The notes beneath the pieces were generated by a model, which ran no database searches, was not told the DNA's origin, and saw nothing but the letters and a program-made list of their open reading frames with translations. 64,000 bases of DNA from an uncultured Chlamydiae bacterium (lineage in GTDB: Bacteria; Chlamydiota; Chlamydiia; Chlamydiales; Parachlamydiaceae), in contig CAWHMU010000045.1 in assembly GCA_963830365.1 (NCBI GenBank), positions 1-64,000 of the forward strand. Reading direction: 5' to 3'. The position numbers were made by a program, and so were the translations under genes. Below, piece by piece: positions 10,060 through 19,069 of this stretch (position 1 is its first letter; each line of letters opens with the position of its first letter).

Positions 10060-10955
10060 TAGCGCCCCCTCTTTGTTAGTAGATGATCGGCAGCCCTCTC
10101 ATAGGCTTCATAATCTAGAAATCCATATAACTCTTCACGCGTCTGCATCTGGTCGACAAGGAATTTTTGGGTGCCCTCATTACGCAAGCTGTCATAGACT
10201 TTAAGGGCAGCCAGATTCATGGCCCGCCAGGCCGACAAGGGATAGAGGATCAGGCCGACGCCTGCGGCAGCGAGCTCGTCTTTAGTAAAAAGAGGTGTTT
10301 TGCCAAATTCGGTGATGTTGGCCAGGATCGGCTTTTGCAGGGTTTTGGCGCAGACGCGATAATCTTCAAGAGTGGCTAAAGCTTCAATGAAATGCATATC
10401 GGCACCGGCTGCTTCATAAGCCAGGCAGCGCTCGATCGTTTGAGGAAGTCCTTCAATGGCGTAAGCATCGGTGCGGGCCATCACTACAAAGGAGGCGTCA
10501 AGGCGCGCATCGACGGCGGCCTTTAGGCGCTCGACCATGTCGGCTTTGGAAATGACAGCCTTGTTATGGCGATGTCCGCAGCGCTTTTCAAACGGCTGAT
10601 CTTCGATATGCACGGCGGCCACCCCTGCACGCTCCATGCTTTGGATGGTGCGCCGGATCATCAGGCTGTTGCCCCAGCCGGTATCGATATCGACTAATAA
10701 AGGAAGATCCACGGCGGCGGTGATACGGGCAGCTTCGGTCAAGACATTATCCAGCGTGGTCATGCCGAGATCCGGCAGCCCATAGGCTGCGTTGGCCACG
10801 CCTGCCCCCGACAGATAGATAGCCCTGAAGCCTACATGTTTGGCCATCAGGGCGGCATAGGCGTTGATCGTGCCGACGATCTGCAGCGGCGTCTCTTGGG
10901 TAAGGGCCTTGCGGAATTTTTGTCCCGGGGATAGTTGTTCTGGAGAATGTTGCAT
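10059..10955 (-). CDS. prpB: 2-methylisocitrate lyase
   Basis: YLSGAGVA..GLPDLG, PLLVDIDTGWG, HIEDQ..KRCGHR, ARTDA, ANITEFGKTP. Confidence 0.97.
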   Translation of the reverse strand: MQHSPEQLSPGQKFRKALTQETPLQIVGTINAYAALMAKHVGFRAIYLSGAGVANAAYGLPDLGMTTLDNVLTEAARITAAVDLPLLVDIDTGWGNSLMIRRTIQSMERAGVAAVHIEDQPFEKRCGHRHNKAVISKADMVERLKAAVDARLDASFVVMARTDAYAIEGLPQTIERCLAYEAAGADMHFIEALATLEDYRVCAKTLQKPILANITEFGKTPLFTKDELAAAGVGLILYPLSAWRAMNLAALKVYDSLRNEGTQKFLVDQMQTREELYGFLDYEAYERAADHLLTKRGR

Positions 10956-11256
10956 CGTTTACCTCACCCTCTGCTTATCCTTGTTGCCATATTTCTCTTC
11001 AAGAGAAAACAGGATCGGAGAGGTTGGCACAGGGGAGCGTTTGTTTATTAAGAAATTCAACGCAGAGGGACAGCCAAGAGGCGCAAAGGCGCAAAGAAAC
11101 AAGCAGCACCATACAATAGCAGGATGGCAAGCCCTCGGATTGCTTAGGCAATCCGAAGGGGGGCTATTGGTCCCGGCCTAGGTTTTCATTTTCTTCTATT
11201 GTGTTTGCTGTTTACTTCTTTGTGTTGAATCGCACTCACATTTTTAGCGGAGAAGT

Positions 11257-12867
11257 TCAAGGCTTCGACGGTACACTCACCAGTTCGGTAGCTTTTTCCC
11301 ATGAATAGAGGTTGCCGGGCAGGATGGCTTTCCAGTTGGTTTTGCCGTCGCTAGCAAGCGGCGCCAGCAGTTTAAGGTGTTGCTGCGTGGCGGGGAGAGT
11401 GATATCGGCTCTGACGCTGTCAGACGGCAAGGCGAGGGGCTCGCATTCGTCAATATGGTAAGCCAGCACGCTTGTAGCCGTAAAATTCTTGGTGGTGCAG
11501 CCGAGCATGATGGTATCTTTAACCGTGAGATTTTCGGCAGACACATTCAGTAGCAGGCTGTTTTGGCAGTTTCCGTGGCCAATATGGCAGCCGATAAGGA
11601 TGGAGTTTTCTTCAGCCGGCAGACGGTAAAATTGCCGCATCAGTGCGCTTTCTTTACCGGCTTTAGTCATCATGATGTTGTTGCGGTAATAGGAGTCAAC
11701 CGTGCCATAATCCCACCAATAGCTGTCTCTGCCGATGTCGACGCCGCAGAAGAAATTTAGGTCTGAGGCGTCATGTTGCTTTTGAAAGGAGGTTTTGAAG
11801 CGCTGCATTCTGGCATAGTGCCTTTCGATATAGGCGGAGCTGACTTGACGCACTTGCATGGCCGCGGCATAAGTTTCCAGATCCAACGTCATGGGCATCC
11901 AGAAACAGGGGTCGCTATCCAGCAAGACCGTTTTGTCCGCCAGCTCCTTTGCAAATTCATCCAGTAAAGCTTGCGCCATGGGCAGCGACAGGCTGAAGGC
12001 CCCCATGCTGATGGCGACGCCCTTTTGGGCCATGGCTTTATTTGAGGCAAAGATCTCCTGAAAAGTTGTAAAGCTGCATTTGTCAAATAGCTTGGCAATG
12101 CCGGCACCATCCCAGGCCAGCAGGCCGTAGTTGTCGAGATTCTGAGCTTGCCAACTTTGGAGGGTGATATCGGGGATGATTTTGACGAGGATGTCGATAT
12201 GGCTGTCTGCCGCATACATGCAGGCATTGGAGGGGATGAATACCTGGTCGCTCCAGAATACCGATACGCGCCCTTTGCGGCTGGCACCATACAGCATGCT
12301 TTGCTTGATGGTAGCTTCCAGCAGGGTGATCAACGTGATATCGGGATTATCGGCCGAAAGAGGGTGGAGCAATCCGGGCAGTTCGACGGCCGATTTGATG
12401 CCGTTTTCACAGATGGTAAGCGGCGCTAGGCGTTTGCCTATGCCGGCGGTATGATAGATGGCAATGGCCGCGCCTTGGGCCTGTCTTTCCAGGATGTCGA
12501 TGCCAAGCTGCGCTTTGGCTTTTTCCTGGCCTTTTTTGAGGGCATATAAGGTGCCGAGGCCGTTGCCGGCGCCGCCTTTGGCCCAATCCTCATCTACGCA
12601 GATCACCAGGGCTTTAGCAGGCAGGAGATGGGGGCGGGTTTTGTCCAGGCGCTTTTCCCAATAGGCCGCAAGCGCTGGACTGCTGGCGCTGACGATGATG
12701 ATATCCATGCCTTCAGATAGTGAAGGGGGGGTGTCTAGAAGGGCAATATTGGTGCTAAGCTGGTTTGGCGGGACAGCATTGTCGCAGGTTGAATCTATTT
12801 CGTCTGAGAAAAGTAGCGTTGCAGCGGCAATGGCTGGCAACAGGAGTAGGGAATTTAAATATTTCAT
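11257..12867 (-). CDS. Putative exported, divergent sugar-phosphate nucleotidyltransferase (GlgC/fucose-1-P guanylyltransferase-like architecture)
   Basis: Hydrophobic N-terminal signal-like stretch; HTAGIGKRLAPL (cf. LAGGxGxRLxPL), VFWSDQVF, YWWDYGT (cf. YWxDIGT); C-terminal beta-helix-like hexapeptides. Confidence 0.5.
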   Translation of the reverse strand: MKYLNSLLLLPAIAAATLLFSDEIDSTCDNAVPPNQLSTNIALLDTPPSLSEGMDIIIVSASSPALAAYWEKRLDKTRPHLLPAKALVICVDEDWAKGGAGNGLGTLYALKKGQEKAKAQLGIDILERQAQGAAIAIYHTAGIGKRLAPLTICENGIKSAVELPGLLHPLSADNPDITLITLLEATIKQSMLYGASRKGRVSVFWSDQVFIPSNACMYAADSHIDILVKIIPDITLQSWQAQNLDNYGLLAWDGAGIAKLFDKCSFTTFQEIFASNKAMAQKGVAISMGAFSLSLPMAQALLDEFAKELADKTVLLDSDPCFWMPMTLDLETYAAAMQVRQVSSAYIERHYARMQRFKTSFQKQHDASDLNFFCGVDIGRDSYWWDYGTVDSYYRNNIMMTKAGKESALMRQFYRLPAEENSILIGCHIGHGNCQNSLLLNVSAENLTVKDTIMLGCTTKNFTATSVLAYHIDECEPLALPSDSVRADITLPATQQHLKLLAPLASDGKTNWKAILPGNLYSWEKATELVSVPSKP

Positions 12868-12946
12868 GGTTCACCTCGGACCAAGGTTATCCTTAATTGC
12901 GGCATTTTTATGCAAAATATTTCAGGCCGTGTTATGGTTTAGACCT

Positions 12947-14155
12947 ATGAAAAAAATCAAAATTATCGCCTGCCTTCTTATGCTGATCTCGTATCTTTCC
13001 GCTGATGGGAATGAAGTTTCAGATAGAACGCATAAATCCAGTCTAGATGCTTTTGAGCCACTTATGTCGAGGCTTGATGCTGCCTCTAAAGCGGAAAATT
13101 TTTCTGGTGCTTTACTGATTTCAAAAAATGGTTTGCCCTTAGTGAAGCAGGCTTATGGCTTGGCATGTAGACGTTATCTAGTGAAGAACAAGGTTGATAC
13201 GAAGTTTAATCTAGCTTCCATCGGCAAACTCTTTACATCGATAAGCATTGCCAGGCTAATGCAAGATAAAAAATTGGATTTAAAGGACCCTGTCAGCAAA
13301 TATCTTGTGGGTTGGCTAGAACCTGATATTGCAAAGGAAATTACCATTGGTGATTTGCTGATCCATGCCTCCGGTTTGGGCACTTTTTTCGATAATGAGA
13401 AATTCAAATTGGGAGATACCTCTGGCTTCTATCTCGCCGTCAGCGATTATAAGCCCGTTATCAGGGATGAAAAGCCCGCTTTTAAACCCGGCACTAGCCA
13501 GCTTTACAGCAATTCCGGATATCTTTTGCTCGGGGCCGTTATCGAGGCCGTTAGCGGCTACGACTATTTCGAATATGTGCAAAAGTACATTTTCGCACCT
13601 GCGAATATGGTGAATAGCGGTTTTTTCGAAATGGACGATCCTGTTCCCAACTTAGCGATCGGGTTTGGACGTTATCAAAAGCAGGGAACTGTTTATTGGA
13701 AAAACAACCTGTACACCAATGTATTTAAAGGCAGTCCTGCCGGCGGCGGCTTCTCAACCCTGCAAGATATGCAAAACTTTGCCGAAGCACTTATAAGCGG
13801 TAAGTTGCTCAACGAAGAATATACCAAGAAGGTTTTGTCCGGCAATATCCGTCAACCTACTGACACAACAGGCTATTATAGCAAGACAATTGAAGCGCAG
13901 GGACAGAAAATCGAGGGGCTTTTTTCTGCTTATGGTTTTGCTGGAGAATGGAATGAATTTGGTGTGGCTATTTTAAACAAAGCGCCTCTGATTATTGGAC
14001 ATGATGGTGGCGGCATGCGGGGCATAAGCGATGCTTTTGCGATCTATCCGATGCATCAAATTGTCTTAGTTCTCTTCTCAAACTATACGGGCGAAGGGAT
14101 TGTCGATCCTCATAATCAAATTAGCGAAATCATAAACAAAATGTTATTGCATTAA
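12947..14155 (+). CDS. Serine hydrolase, beta-lactamase/AmpC-like family, with signal peptide
   Basis: SxxK in FNLASIGKLFT, LLIHASG, YSN (YxN), GHDGG. Start reassigned to MKKIKII at 12947. Confidence 0.88.
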   Translation: MKKIKIIACLLMLISYLSADGNEVSDRTHKSSLDAFEPLMSRLDAASKAENFSGALLISKNGLPLVKQAYGLACRRYLVKNKVDTKFNLASIGKLFTSISIARLMQDKKLDLKDPVSKYLVGWLEPDIAKEITIGDLLIHASGLGTFFDNEKFKLGDTSGFYLAVSDYKPVIRDEKPAFKPGTSQLYSNSGYLLLGAVIEAVSGYDYFEYVQKYIFAPANMVNSGFFEMDDPVPNLAIGFGRYQKQGTVYWKNNLYTNVFKGSPAGGGFSTLQDMQNFAEALISGKLLNEEYTKKVLSGNIRQPTDTTGYYSKTIEAQGQKIEGLFSAYGFAGEWNEFGVAILNKAPLIIGHDGGGMRGISDAFAIYPMHQIVLVLFSNYTGEGIVDPHNQISEIINKMLLH

Positions 14156-14185
14156 CATTTTAAGAAAAAGGCAAGGAGAACGTTT

Positions 14186-14908
14186 GTGAAAAAGGGTTTA
14201 GTTATCATTACAGGAGCAAGTTCAGGCATAGGCGAAGCGTTGGCGCTAAGTTTTTCAAAATCGGGTTATCCCCTACTTCTGTTGGCGCGCCGTCATCACA
14301 AATTACAAGCGATGAATTTACCTAATGCCTTATGCGAGGAGGTCGATGTCACAGATCTTGCGAGCTTCAAATCGGCGGTGGAAAGGGCCGAAAAAAAATT
14401 CGGACCGGCGGAATGTATGGTCAATAATGCGGGGGTTTTGTTGTTGGGTTTAGGGCAGAACCAGCATCCTGATGAATGGAAGAAAATGTTGGATGTCAAT
14501 ATTTTAGGGGTGCTGCATGGCATACATCTGGTGCTTGAAAAAATGATAGCCAGGCAGACAGGGACGATCATCAATATCAGTTCGATTGCCGGTAGGAAGA
14601 CCTTTCCCAATCATGCGGTGTATTGTGCCACCAAGTTTGCCGTGCATGCGCTTACTGAAAATATCCGTGAGGAAGTGGCCGACCATAATGTCCGTTTGAT
14701 GACGATAGCTCCAGGGGTGGTAGAGACGGAAATTTTGGATCAGACAACTTCCCAAGAAATCAAGGACCACTACAAAAGCTATAAGAAGACAATCGGTGAA
14801 ACGTTGCAGTCAGAAGATATCGCCAGGACGGTTCTCTTTGCCTATGAGCAGCCCCAACACGTCTGCATCAGGGAAATTGTCATCTGTCCAACTCGTCAAC
14901 AACCTTAA
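14186..14908 (+). CDS. Short-chain dehydrogenase/reductase (YdfG-like)
   Basis: ITGASSGIG, VNNAG, NISSIAG, YCATK. Confidence 0.92.
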   Translation: MKKGLVIITGASSGIGEALALSFSKSGYPLLLLARRHHKLQAMNLPNALCEEVDVTDLASFKSAVERAEKKFGPAECMVNNAGVLLLGLGQNQHPDEWKKMLDVNILGVLHGIHLVLEKMIARQTGTIINISSIAGRKTFPNHAVYCATKFAVHALTENIREEVADHNVRLMTIAPGVVETEILDQTTSQEIKDHYKSYKKTIGETLQSEDIARTVLFAYEQPQHVCIREIVICPTRQQP

Positions 14909-14952
14909 TCCATATCAATGGTACGACCGTGGTGGTAATAGGCGACCGTAAG

Positions 14953-15422
14953 ATTGTAGCGCAGACTTCAGTCTGCGCTCGTTTGCGCAGGTTAAAACCC
15001 AATGTCGTCAAAATAAGGCATAAGATATTTAAAAATAACAAGATATAAAGATGGTTAGGATAATTCAGCATCATGTCCGTCCTAATATCATGTTATTTTC
15101 TAATATTCGGCTTAAAGGCTAAACAGCCTTCTCGTGCCATTGTGGAATTTTATTTCGTTGCGTCGTCGCGTTTCCTCTGCGTCTCTGCGTTAAATTTTCT
15201 AGTAAGTAGCACTATAGAAAAAGTTGAATCATTGTACCTGGTCAATAGCCTGTGAGTACGATTTCAACCCAGAGACGCGGAGGAAACGCGACGACGCAAA
15301 GAGCTCCAGACTTGAGGCTTAAGCTGTATCCTTATAAATGAAACAAAATATAAGATATTTTATTTTGATGACATTGGATAAAACCTGAACAAACGAGCGC
15401 AGACTAAAGTCTACGCTACAAT
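14953..15422. repeat. Nested palindromic element: outer pair of GTAG-headed REP-like arms enclosing an inner AACGCAGAG-type inverted pair
   Basis: Outer ATTGTAGCGCAGACTTCAGTCTGCGCTCGTTTG..CCAATGTCGTCAAAATAA versus its complement at ~15360-15422. Inner TTGCGTCGTCGCGTTTCCTCTGCGTCTCTG (15158-15195) versus 15261-15299. Confidence 0.88.
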
Positions 15423-15449
15423 ATCGCGCGCACCTGTCCACCTTGGTGC

Positions 15450-16490
15450 TCAACCTTGGCAGAGGATGGAAATGGCCAGCTGGCATACTTTTGGGCAGGT
15501 GGTGGCGCCGAGGTGGCCGTGTTTGACGTGGAAGACCTGTTCCTTTGGCAAGGGTGAGACTGTGGCCGATATGGCATCCTGGGTGGCTATGATATCATAG
15601 ATATTGTGATGGTGCTGCTGTATGGTTGCGATTTGCGCAGGTGTAAATGACTGCGCGATATTTTTCTCGGAGAAGACTTTCCATGGATAGATCTCTGCAT
15701 GGCCCGGTTCGCAGAGGGTGGTCTCATCACGTTGTCCTTGGCAGCACAGCCAGGTGGGGGCGGCCACAGAAATGACCTTTCGTACTTTGGGGTTGCGCTG
15801 GGCAGGGTCAATGCAATGCCAGCGTCTTTCGACTTTAGTTTGTTCTTTGATTTCAATTTGATCGGGATTAAAGGCTGCCAGGTGGCCGGCATAGCCGCCC
15901 AGGGAGTGTCCGATAATATCGACTTGAGCTGCAGGCAGTTTGTTGACTTCCCGGTAGATTTCAGCAATCGCATCGATGGCTTTGTAGACTACTTGCATGC
16001 GCTCTTCTATATTGTTGGGGAGCTGCAGCGTAATCACCTGGCCGATTTTTTTATCTTTCTCGGCCTGTTGCAAGGTGTCGGCCCATGGCAGCCAAATATC
16101 TGGCGTGCTGAAAACTCCGTGCAATAGTAGTAACGGCGTTTGATTGTTGGCAGGGTCTTGGCCTTTTAAGGTGTCGCGCAATTTAGCTAAGCTGTTGCTA
16201 TCGGCGGCATTATAAAATCCATGGCTTTCCCAGGAGGTCTTCCAACCAAAAATGCGCCTTACGGCCGATTGGATGCTGGCACAAGGTTCACCAAATAGGG
16301 AGGGGACGATCAGCGAGGCTACGATCCATCCCTTTCTAAAGAGATATTGACTGAAATCCTGGACGGTCCCCAGATAGGCATCTGAAATGCGTTCGAGCAG
16401 AGATGGCTGGTGGCGGCCAGTCGTTAGGGCGTGGTTTGTTTGGTCGATGGCATATGGCTGAATGTTTGGTAGCGTAGCAACGCGGCACAT
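15450..16490 (-). CDS. Alpha/beta-fold hydrolase (lipase/esterase, PGAP1-like)
   Basis: LLLLHGVFS oxyanion segment, IIGHSLGG nucleophile elbow, late D and GH catalytic candidates. Confidence 0.8.
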   Translation of the reverse strand: MCRVATLPNIQPYAIDQTNHALTTGRHQPSLLERISDAYLGTVQDFSQYLFRKGWIVASLIVPSLFGEPCASIQSAVRRIFGWKTSWESHGFYNAADSNSLAKLRDTLKGQDPANNQTPLLLLHGVFSTPDIWLPWADTLQQAEKDKKIGQVITLQLPNNIEERMQVVYKAIDAIAEIYREVNKLPAAQVDIIGHSLGGYAGHLAAFNPDQIEIKEQTKVERRWHCIDPAQRNPKVRKVISVAAPTWLCCQGQRDETTLCEPGHAEIYPWKVFSEKNIAQSFTPAQIATIQQHHHNIYDIIATQDAISATVSPLPKEQVFHVKHGHLGATTCPKVCQLAISILCQG

Positions 16491-16491
16491 A

Positions 16492-18360
16492 CTAATGTGT
16501 TCCTATATTTTGCATTAATTTCATAAAGCGTAGTTCGTCTTCCTTGGCTCCAAGATCTTTGGCGCGTGTTAGTCCATTTCTGCAAATTGCCATGGCAATT
16601 TCGAATTGACAAAGTTCAAGCTTAAGCTGCGCCTCCAGATATTCCACGTGCATGATAATGCGTGTCGGCAGTTTTTCATTGCGCAGGGCATCAATGGTGG
16701 ATTGCGCGGCTTTATAGTCTTTTTGGAACAGATTCACTTTGGCTAAGCGGATACTCGTTTTGGCTAGATCGTCTGTGCTCGACTGGAAACAGGTAATGGC
16801 CATGGCATAGCAGCGAGCGGCCTCAGCGAGATTTCCTTGGGGATTGTCGGCATGGGCAGCACCCAAATTGAAGAATATTTTGCCATTTAGAAACTCGTCT
16901 TTAATTTGCTTTTCAACATAAAGATCTGCGGCATCTTTAGCCACTTCTATGGCCCGACGATAAAGCTTTTGCTGTTCCTTTACGTTTGATTCTTTACCAG
17001 CCAGAGCGCGAAATATAGCCGATTCCAGATATAGCGCACGGATATAAAGGCTTGGATCGGTGAATTCCCGAGCTAATTCGTGGCAGCGCAGGGCACAGAT
17101 TTGCGCTTTGGAATAGTTTCCTTGATAGAAGTAGGAGGATGTAAGTTGCGCACAGATTTTAGCCTCGAACTGGAGATTTTTTTCAACTCTGGCTGAATGC
17201 AGGGCTAGCTCGCCTTGGACCGTGATTTGCTGCCAATTTTCCGCTTTGGAGAGGTTTTGGAAGTTGTTGAGAAATTCCTGCATAAGTCCTTCATTCTGAA
17301 CGCTCTTTTGTCGCTCAAAATTAGTAGTAAGATTTGCCTGCTTTTGGGGGCAGCCAAATAGATTGGAAACGCAGACAAATAGTTTCTTTACGACTTGGGA
17401 TAGGCCGGATGTAGGCATGTGCAGTTCTGAATGGGTTTCAACGTTTTTTTCCCAATAGAGATCTGGCTTTTGCAAAACAGCCACGGAGGCATTATGGATA
17501 TCTTTGATTTTTTGGTAGTGGGCCGCGTTGATAATTTGCAATGACCCTTTGACTTCGGCTGGTTCAGTTTTGCGCTTCCAGGTGGCTGCTAAGGCGGCCT
17601 CCTGGCTGACTCCGCCGCGATAGTAAAAGTCGATCTCATCGGCATAGGTTAAGAAATCATTGATGCGCTGAGGAATTAATAAGCCCTTTTCCTTCACATC
17701 CTGTTCGGTTGTCTGCACGAAGGTTTTGTCTCTTTCTTTAATCGATTCCCAGCGTACATCATCGGGTGCGCTAATATGGATGAGCTTGATGCGGTAGCCT
17801 TGCTGTCTGAGGAAGTCGAGGAAAAATTTTGTGGCCGGACCGGATGAGGTGGTGCCAAAATAGAAAGCGAATTTTTCGCGGATCAGGTTGGCAAGGATTA
17901 AATGCGTGGCGGCATTGGACGCCGGGCGCCACTTGTTGTAGGCGGCTTGTCTTGCGGCCAATTTTAACTGTTCGTCTATTTCATGGTCTACCTTGGTTAG
18001 ATCTGCCATATGGGTCAATGTTTGGGCCTTCAGGCAGACGTCATCAGGGCAGATATAGGCATATGACCTGCCTGCCAGCGTTTGACTTGCCAGCTCTTTG
18101 CGCAGCTGCATCGTCTTTCCCACGCCGGGGGCGCCGGCGGTCATGACAGCCAGGCTTTCTTTCATGGGATGGGCTGCTAAAATGGTATGATAGATGTCTG
18201 TGATGTCTGTCTTTAGCTTTTCAGATTCCTCTGCGGAGTAAGCTTCTTTGTTATCAAAAGCTTTGCCGGAAATATAACTTTCTAAAATTGTTTTGGGGAG
18301 AGAATAGGCGTAGCCACCGTTAATATCGTAAATATGGTTTAGATCTAGAATATCGAACAT
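16492..18360 (-). CDS. Zeta-toxin-family P-loop kinase domain fused to C-terminal TPR repeats
   Basis: MTAGAPGVGKT Walker A, YICPDD, FYFGTTSS, GYRIKLIHI in the N-terminal ~310 aa. Helical TPR-like repeats (YFYQGNYSKA, IFFNLGAAHA) follow. Confidence 0.7.
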   Translation of the reverse strand: MFDILDLNHIYDINGGYAYSLPKTILESYISGKAFDNKEAYSAEESEKLKTDITDIYHTILAAHPMKESLAVMTAGAPGVGKTMQLRKELASQTLAGRSYAYICPDDVCLKAQTLTHMADLTKVDHEIDEQLKLAARQAAYNKWRPASNAATHLILANLIREKFAFYFGTTSSGPATKFFLDFLRQQGYRIKLIHISAPDDVRWESIKERDKTFVQTTEQDVKEKGLLIPQRINDFLTYADEIDFYYRGGVSQEAALAATWKRKTEPAEVKGSLQIINAAHYQKIKDIHNASVAVLQKPDLYWEKNVETHSELHMPTSGLSQVVKKLFVCVSNLFGCPQKQANLTTNFERQKSVQNEGLMQEFLNNFQNLSKAENWQQITVQGELALHSARVEKNLQFEAKICAQLTSSYFYQGNYSKAQICALRCHELAREFTDPSLYIRALYLESAIFRALAGKESNVKEQQKLYRRAIEVAKDAADLYVEKQIKDEFLNGKIFFNLGAAHADNPQGNLAEAARCYAMAITCFQSSTDDLAKTSIRLAKVNLFQKDYKAAQSTIDALRNEKLPTRIIMHVEYLEAQLKLELCQFEIAMAICRNGLTRAKDLGAKEDELRFMKLMQNIGTH

Positions 18361-18451
18361 AGCAGCGTTTCCTGTTTTTAAAAATAAGTTTAATGTGATA
18401 GATGGTTTGCAGATTTGGTTTAGTTGGCGTTTTTATTAAAAAGAGAATAAC

Positions 18452-18702
18452 GGTTCATCCGGTTTTATAGGACCCGCCTAGAAAAGGATGCGTAGAAATG
18501 GGGAAATGTAGGTAACACATCGGAGCAAAAACAACAGGATATTAGGATGGACAGGATGAAAGATTTAAACTTTAGTTTGCCAACTTTGCGATTTACATAA
18601 GTCTTGGGTGATCATCCTATTTTTCATATCCTGACCATCGTAATATCCTGTTATTTTTGCTTGCCCTTTTCTCTTTACAAGTCCTGCAAAAACGGAAGAA
18701 CC
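18452..18702. mobile_element. 251-bp MITE with imperfect terminal inverted repeats, 8-bp target-site duplication and an internal palindrome
   Basis: GGTTCATCCGGTTTTATAGGAC ... GTCCTGCAAAAACGGAAGAACC, flanked by direct repeat AGAATAAC (18444-18451 and 18703-18710). Inner pair AACAGGATATTAGGATGGACAGGATGAAA / TTTCATATCCTGACCATCGTAATATCCTGTT. Confidence 0.85.
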
Positions 18703-19069
18703 AGAATAACATGAATATCTTAAATACTGCAAAGGCATAATTGAAGCAATTGCTGAAAAATATGGTGCGGGCTTAGGCTTAGATCACGTTATCGGAACAA
18801 GATGATTGATCATGTAAAGCCTCTCTGGTGCATCGGGCGGCGCAACAGCCATACGTTTCTTTCAAACAGACTGGTCATATTCAAGATTAAGGATTTGGCG
18901 TGCGTTGAGGTTTAGTTAAAAGGCGATCCATATTCTTTTTTATTCTTTTAAAAATTAAAGTCGATTTTTTCACCGGCTTTATGGTGTCAATAGTGTCATC
19001 CTATTTTTGCTTGCTAAGTAACGCTAAAGGTGATAAATAAAAACACTTTTTTAGCCAAGGTAAAGCCAT

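Noticed and set aside
12695..12946. 84-aa N-terminal extension of the serine hydrolase ORF
   Set aside because: It overlaps the divergent gene 11257-12867; the signal-peptide start at 12947 is more plausible.
12947..14155. Possible antibiotic-resistance beta-lactamase
   Set aside because: The motifs only place it in the broad serine hydrolase family, which includes esterases and peptidases; nothing here supports resistance.
18711..18815. Short stretch translating as ..IIEAIAEKYGAGLGLDHVIGT, faintly HAD-like
   Set aside because: Too short, and without start or flanking motifs, to call a pseudogene.
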